Assembly (NCBI GenBank): GCA_020184695.1
Contig: JAANOX010000205.1
Location: forward strand, 434,001-498,000
Source of the DNA: Histomonas meleagridis 2922-C6/04-290x
Taxonomy: Eukaryota > Protista > Parabasalia
Length of the DNA stretch: 64,000 nucleotides
Direction: 5' to 3'
Both the position numbers and the translations under genes were made by a program. The notes beneath the pieces were generated by a model. The model ran no database searches. It worked only from the letters and a program-made list of their open reading frames with translations, and had not been told where the DNA came from. Position 1 is the first letter of the stretch; each line of letters opens with the position of its first letter. Of this stretch, positions 60,837 to 64,000 are shown one piece after another.

Positions 60837-61445
60837 TTATGCTTTACGATTTATTTTTTCATATTTTTCAAGCTCCTTTTGAAGTTCCTTATTTTCTTTT
60901 TTGATTTCATTTATCTGCATCTCAAGGTCTTGTTTTGCCTTTACAGCAATCAAATAATCTGTCACTTCTTTCTGGGAATTATAAATTTCCAATGAATGGA
61001 TTTTTGCCTCAGGAGATGGAAAAAGTCTGGTTTGACGTAACAAAAGAAGGTCAAGATCTCTTTGCAATTGTTGAACCTGTTTACTTTTCTGATTGAGAAT
61101 ATCTGTTATCCTTGGATTATTTTGAGTCGCTAGATAATGTTGATATTGCTGATTGTTTGTTAACTCAATTAGCCTTTTTGTTTCATTCAATCGTTTTGCT
61201 TCAAAATTTGCCATCATTGCTACTGCTATTTCTTCTGTTTTCTCATCCATGTTACTCCATGGACGATCATAACCGATTTTTATTAAGAAACCGTTAATTT
61301 TTAATAATGAAAGACGAAAATTTTTTCTTTTATTGTCATTAGCCAATTGCGAATTAACAAAAATGTGGGAAATGGTTTTTATTAAATTGTTTATTCTATT
61401 TAATTCCTGGTTTCTACTGAAGTTCAAGTTACCATTGAAAAACAT
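60837..61445 (-). CDS. Coiled-coil hypothetical protein
   Basis: 202-aa ATG ORF, in frame with and 3 nt downstream of the 61449 ORF stop. Confidence 0.65.
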   Translation of the reverse strand: MFFNGNLNFSRNQELNRINNLIKTISHIFVNSQLANDNKRKNFRLSLLKINGFLIKIGYDRPWSNMDEKTEEIAVAMMANFEAKRLNETKRLIELTNNQQYQHYLATQNNPRITDILNQKSKQVQQLQRDLDLLLLRQTRLFPSPEAKIHSLEIYNSQKEVTDYLIAVKAKQDLEMQINEIKKENKELQKELEKYEKINRKA

Positions 61446-61448
61446 GGT

Positions 61449-61694
61449 TTATTGACGTGGAAGTGGTATAGTAACACTTTTACCTCCTTCTATTTGACGT
61501 GAAATCTCTTGTTTGATAATAAACGCAGTTGATCTACTAACAGGATCTGTATCATATTTCAAAGCTTGAGAAGGATCTGAGAGTATAGCAATATAATGTT
61601 GCATTTTAAGTGGAATTTTTGATTCTGTTTCATCGCTTTTATTGGGTTCAAGAGGCTTAAGAAGTTTCAATTCACCTCCATCAACACAATCCAT
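61449..61694 (-). CDS. Small hypothetical ORF (81 aa), possibly the 5' part of 60837-61445
   Basis: ATG at 61694 with coding-like composition. It ends ...PLPRQ TAA ACC ATG. Confidence 0.5.
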   Translation of the reverse strand: MDCVDGGELKLLKPLEPNKSDETESKIPLKMQHYIAILSDPSQALKYDTDPVSRSTAFIIKQEISRQIEGGKSVTIPLPRQ

Positions 61695-62000
61695 TGGCGA
61701 TGTAATAAAATTAAACGTTCGCAATTTTAGTCATGGTGATAAATCATGATTTCTTCTGATAAAAAACATAATTTTTAGAATATTATCAAAATATAAAAAA
61801 GCTTTTGAATGAAGTTACATCTGAAACCATAAAAATTATTACCATTACTTAAAATTGAAATAATTATATTTATAAATTTTGTTATTGATTTGTCGTAATT
61901 CTTTATTTAACACATGTAACACAATTAAATTCAGTAAGTTAAGGGTTCTCGTTGGAATTTGGGGTTTCGTTCTTTGTATTTAAACGTTCTCAAGTACTTT

Positions 62001-62026
62001 AACGGTTTTGGCCTTCCTTTGGCCTA
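62001..62026 (+). promoter_or_regulatory. M3 + M5 type core promoter of the ribosomal protein gene
   Basis: AACGGTTT at 62001-62008 and CCTTT at 62016-62020, 7 nt before the ATG. This is the arrangement described for T. vaginalis Inr-less promoters. Confidence 0.65.
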
Positions 62027-62341
62027 ATGGTGCATTACCCAAAAACAAAGAAATTCTTTTGCAAATTCTGCAAAAAGCACACCACTGTTAAGGTAACACA
62101 AGCCAGCCGTGGTGAAGAACGTAAAGTCGCCCTTGGTCGCCGTAGATATGATCGTAAACAAGAAGGTTTCGTGGGTCGTGTTAAACCATTCCTTCGTCGT
62201 AGCAAGAAGACATCAAAGAAGATCAGCCTCCGTTTCACATGCCAACAATGCAAGAAATCATCAATGTATTGCCTTGGACGTCTTAGGAAGTTCGAATGGA
62301 TGGTTGACAAAAAGAAGAAGCATGCCGAACCAACATGGTAA
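62027..62341 (+). CDS. RPL36A: 60S ribosomal protein eL42 (L44/L36a)
   Basis: MV..PKT...FC..C.KH...KVTQ...G...GRRRYDRKQ.G..G..KP......KTSKKI.LR..C..C, with high-expression codon usage. Confidence 0.93.
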   Translation: MVHYPKTKKFFCKFCKKHTTVKVTQASRGEERKVALGRRRYDRKQEGFVGRVKPFLRRSKKTSKKISLRFTCQQCKKSSMYCLGRLRKFEWMVDKKKKHAEPTW

Positions 62342-62469
62342 ACGGAGTTTAATAAAAATTCATTAATAATCAAATTTGCAAAATCGATTTTACTTCTATA
62401 TGTGTTTACATTGAGTTCAAAAATATAATTGTTGCAATGGTGTAACTCAAAAAATATTTAAAAAATTAT

Positions 62470-63093
62470 TTAGCAAACGAGACGATATGTTATATATCTA
62501 TCTGCAGTTTCGGAATTTCTTGTAATTTCCACAACAGTTCCAACATCAACTCCCAAGTATCTAATGACAGGGTCAGTCTTTAAAATTCTTGGAATTTGAG
62601 ATTCTGATATCTGATATCTATCTAAAAGTTGCTTCTTTTCTTCATCTGCTAATGGACGGTGCCTTGGAACAAGTTCGTGTTCGGTAATATTGATCAAAAC
62701 TTCTTTTTGTTCAAATAATTCTAATTGAATTCCTTCTTGCGTTTTTATTTTTTCAACAGTTTTTACAGTCATAGGAGTCATAGATCCATCGGTAACAATC
62801 AAAATTGCATGATTTATGTTTTTTGCTTTCATTGTAGCTAAACAATCTTTAAGTTGCTTATTTGTGAAGTGTCCATCATCATAATCAAATTTTGTCATGA
62901 TTGGTTGAATGTTTGGATTATTATGTTCATATATTTTGTTATATTGATCAGTATTAGCGCCAGGGAAAGTTGCAAGAAATGTATCAAAATCCATTTCATA
63001 ATCAATAGGATCAACGTTGAACCCACGATCCCTGATCATTTGAGAAACTGTTCTCCTCATTCTGAAGAATCTATTTGCTATTTCTTTATCCAT
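62470..63093 (-). CDS. RPB5: RNA polymerase I/II/III shared subunit RPB5
   Basis: RMRRTVSQMIRDRGF, ELFEQKEVLINITEHELVPRH, LPRI-like IPRILKTDPVIRYLG and SETADRYITYRLV. ATG at 63093. Confidence 0.95.
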   Translation of the reverse strand: MDKEIANRFFRMRRTVSQMIRDRGFNVDPIDYEMDFDTFLATFPGANTDQYNKIYEHNNPNIQPIMTKFDYDDGHFTNKQLKDCLATMKAKNINHAILIVTDGSMTPMTVKTVEKIKTQEGIQLELFEQKEVLINITEHELVPRHRPLADEEKKQLLDRYQISESQIPRILKTDPVIRYLGVDVGTVVEITRNSETADRYITYRLVC

Positions 63094-63165
63094 CTGAATG
63101 GGCAACCATGTCAAAACCGCCACGGCCATCGACCGTTTATTTTAAGAACGTTTACAATTTCATAC

Positions 63166-64000
63166 ATGTTTCGAAGCAAAGATACAGATTCAAATCCTTC
63201 AGATAAAATAAAAGAGCTTGTATCAAATCGTATTTTTGAACGTGGTTTTCAAAAACTTTGGGATTCTGTTCCATCAAATAATAATCAAGAATTTCCACCA
63301 CCTGCAGAATATTATGACCAAATTGCAGCATCTTTTTACAACAAACAGGAAGGAGATCTCATTAATGCAATGAATGATTTTTCAACATTTTTATTTCAAA
63401 ATGGATTTGATGATCCTCAAGAATTTTCTGAAAAACATTTTCTTGAAATTTTATACCAATTATGTGAGATTCCAAATCTTCAAATTAGTCAAACAGCTTT
63501 TCATATTTTTTCACTTCTCTTATCACGTGGGCCACGAACCATTGAAGACTGGGATGTGCCTTTCTTCATTAACTTTTGCTTTAGATACCTAACAGATCCC
63601 AATGCACCCATTTTTTATTATGCCTTTGTCTGCATAATTGATGTATGTTGTGATAGTATTGATTATCGCAATGAAATACTTTCACGAATACCAATTAATC
63701 AACTTGAAATTCTTCTTAATAATCCAGAAGATTCAATTAAAGAAGCAGCACTTGATCTTGCATTGCAATACACAAGTTTTCCACTTGAACAAGAACATAT
63801 CAGACAACTGATAACACTTTGTCGAAAATCCTCAAATTTAAATCTTAAATGTTTATATCATTCTACGTTTTGGATTTTAATACGAATTATTCGATATTAT
63901 GAAGAATTTACATTTGAAGTTTTAACAGATGATTTTATAACACGTTGTGAAGATCTTCTTGAATGTGATTCATCGTATGAGATATTACCCGCGTTATTAT
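63166..64000 (+). CDS. ARM/HEAT-like helical protein, 3'-truncated by the window edge (absent from the ORF track)
   Basis: ATG at 63166, then MFRSKDTDSNPSDKIKELVSNRIFERGFQKLWDS..., open to the end of the window. It is divergent from RPB5 with 72 bp between the starts. Confidence 0.78.
   Translation, partial: MFRSKDTDSNPSDKIKELVSNRIFERGFQKLWDSVPSNNNQEFPPPAEYYDQIAASFYNKQEGDLINAMNDFSTFLFQNGFDDPQEFSEKHFLEILYQLCEIPNLQISQTAFHIFSLLLSRGPRTIEDWDVPFFINFCFRYLTDPNAPIFYYAFVCIIDVCCDSIDYRNEILSRIPINQLEILLNNPEDSIKEAALDLALQYTSFPLEQEHIRQLITLCRKSSNLNLKCLYHSTFWILIRIIRYYEEFTFEVLTDDFITRCEDLLECDSSYEILPALL

Noticed and set aside
62035-62373. 112-aa and 85-aa ORFs overlapping eL42, and the many other 60-150 aa shadow ORFs in the track (e.g. 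2065-2307, 19358-19766, 49994-51211, 56975-57229)
   Set aside because: They are antisense or alternate-frame by-products of biased or repetitive coding sequence, often with non-ATG starts and no recognisable motifs.
1-64000. Canonical trichomonad spliceosomal introns (GT...ACTAAC-n-AG)
   Set aside because: The CTAAC occurrences I checked on both strands are not followed by a correctly spaced AG inside an interrupted ORF, and all confident genes are contiguous.

Overview
A very AT-rich, gene-dense eukaryotic window. No canonical introns were seen. The gene content points to a parabasalid (Trichomonas/Tritrichomonas-like): BspA leucine-rich-repeat surface proteins, four R2R3 Myb genes, divergent small GTPases, TCA[CT]T initiators, M3/M5-type core promoters, and stop codons embedded in TAAA. 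About 40 protein-coding genes are supported, including SmD2, a MOK-type kinase, a RhoGEF-Kelch protein, an RTEL1/FANCJ-type helicase, GRAM-VASt, a MOCOS-like PLP enzyme, Med9, CLEC16A, PRC1/MAP65, AP-3 mu, BRX1, a PH-AGC kinase, centrin, eL42 and RPB5. There are also several surface-protein pseudogenes. No tRNA, rRNA, CRISPR array or autonomous transposon was found. The best leads are: (1) an unannotated 139-nt, 47%-GC intergenic element at 6874-7012 that folds by eye into a nested multi-stem, pseudoknot-capable RNA of no family I recognise; (2) a 24.8-27.3 kb mosaic of Prp16, BspA and membrane-anchor fragments next to a T-shaped hairpin; (3) a shared stalk/TM/(D/N)PFxxDF anchor module on four unrelated surface ORFs; (4) a HAP40 (huntingtin partner)-like gene; (5) a bacterial pRiA4b-ORF3-like gene; (6) an inverted duplication of a conserved Myb-gene upstream element; (7) atypical small GTPases. 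All protein identities come from by-eye motif recognition, not database searches. Several single-base frameshifts could be assembly errors.
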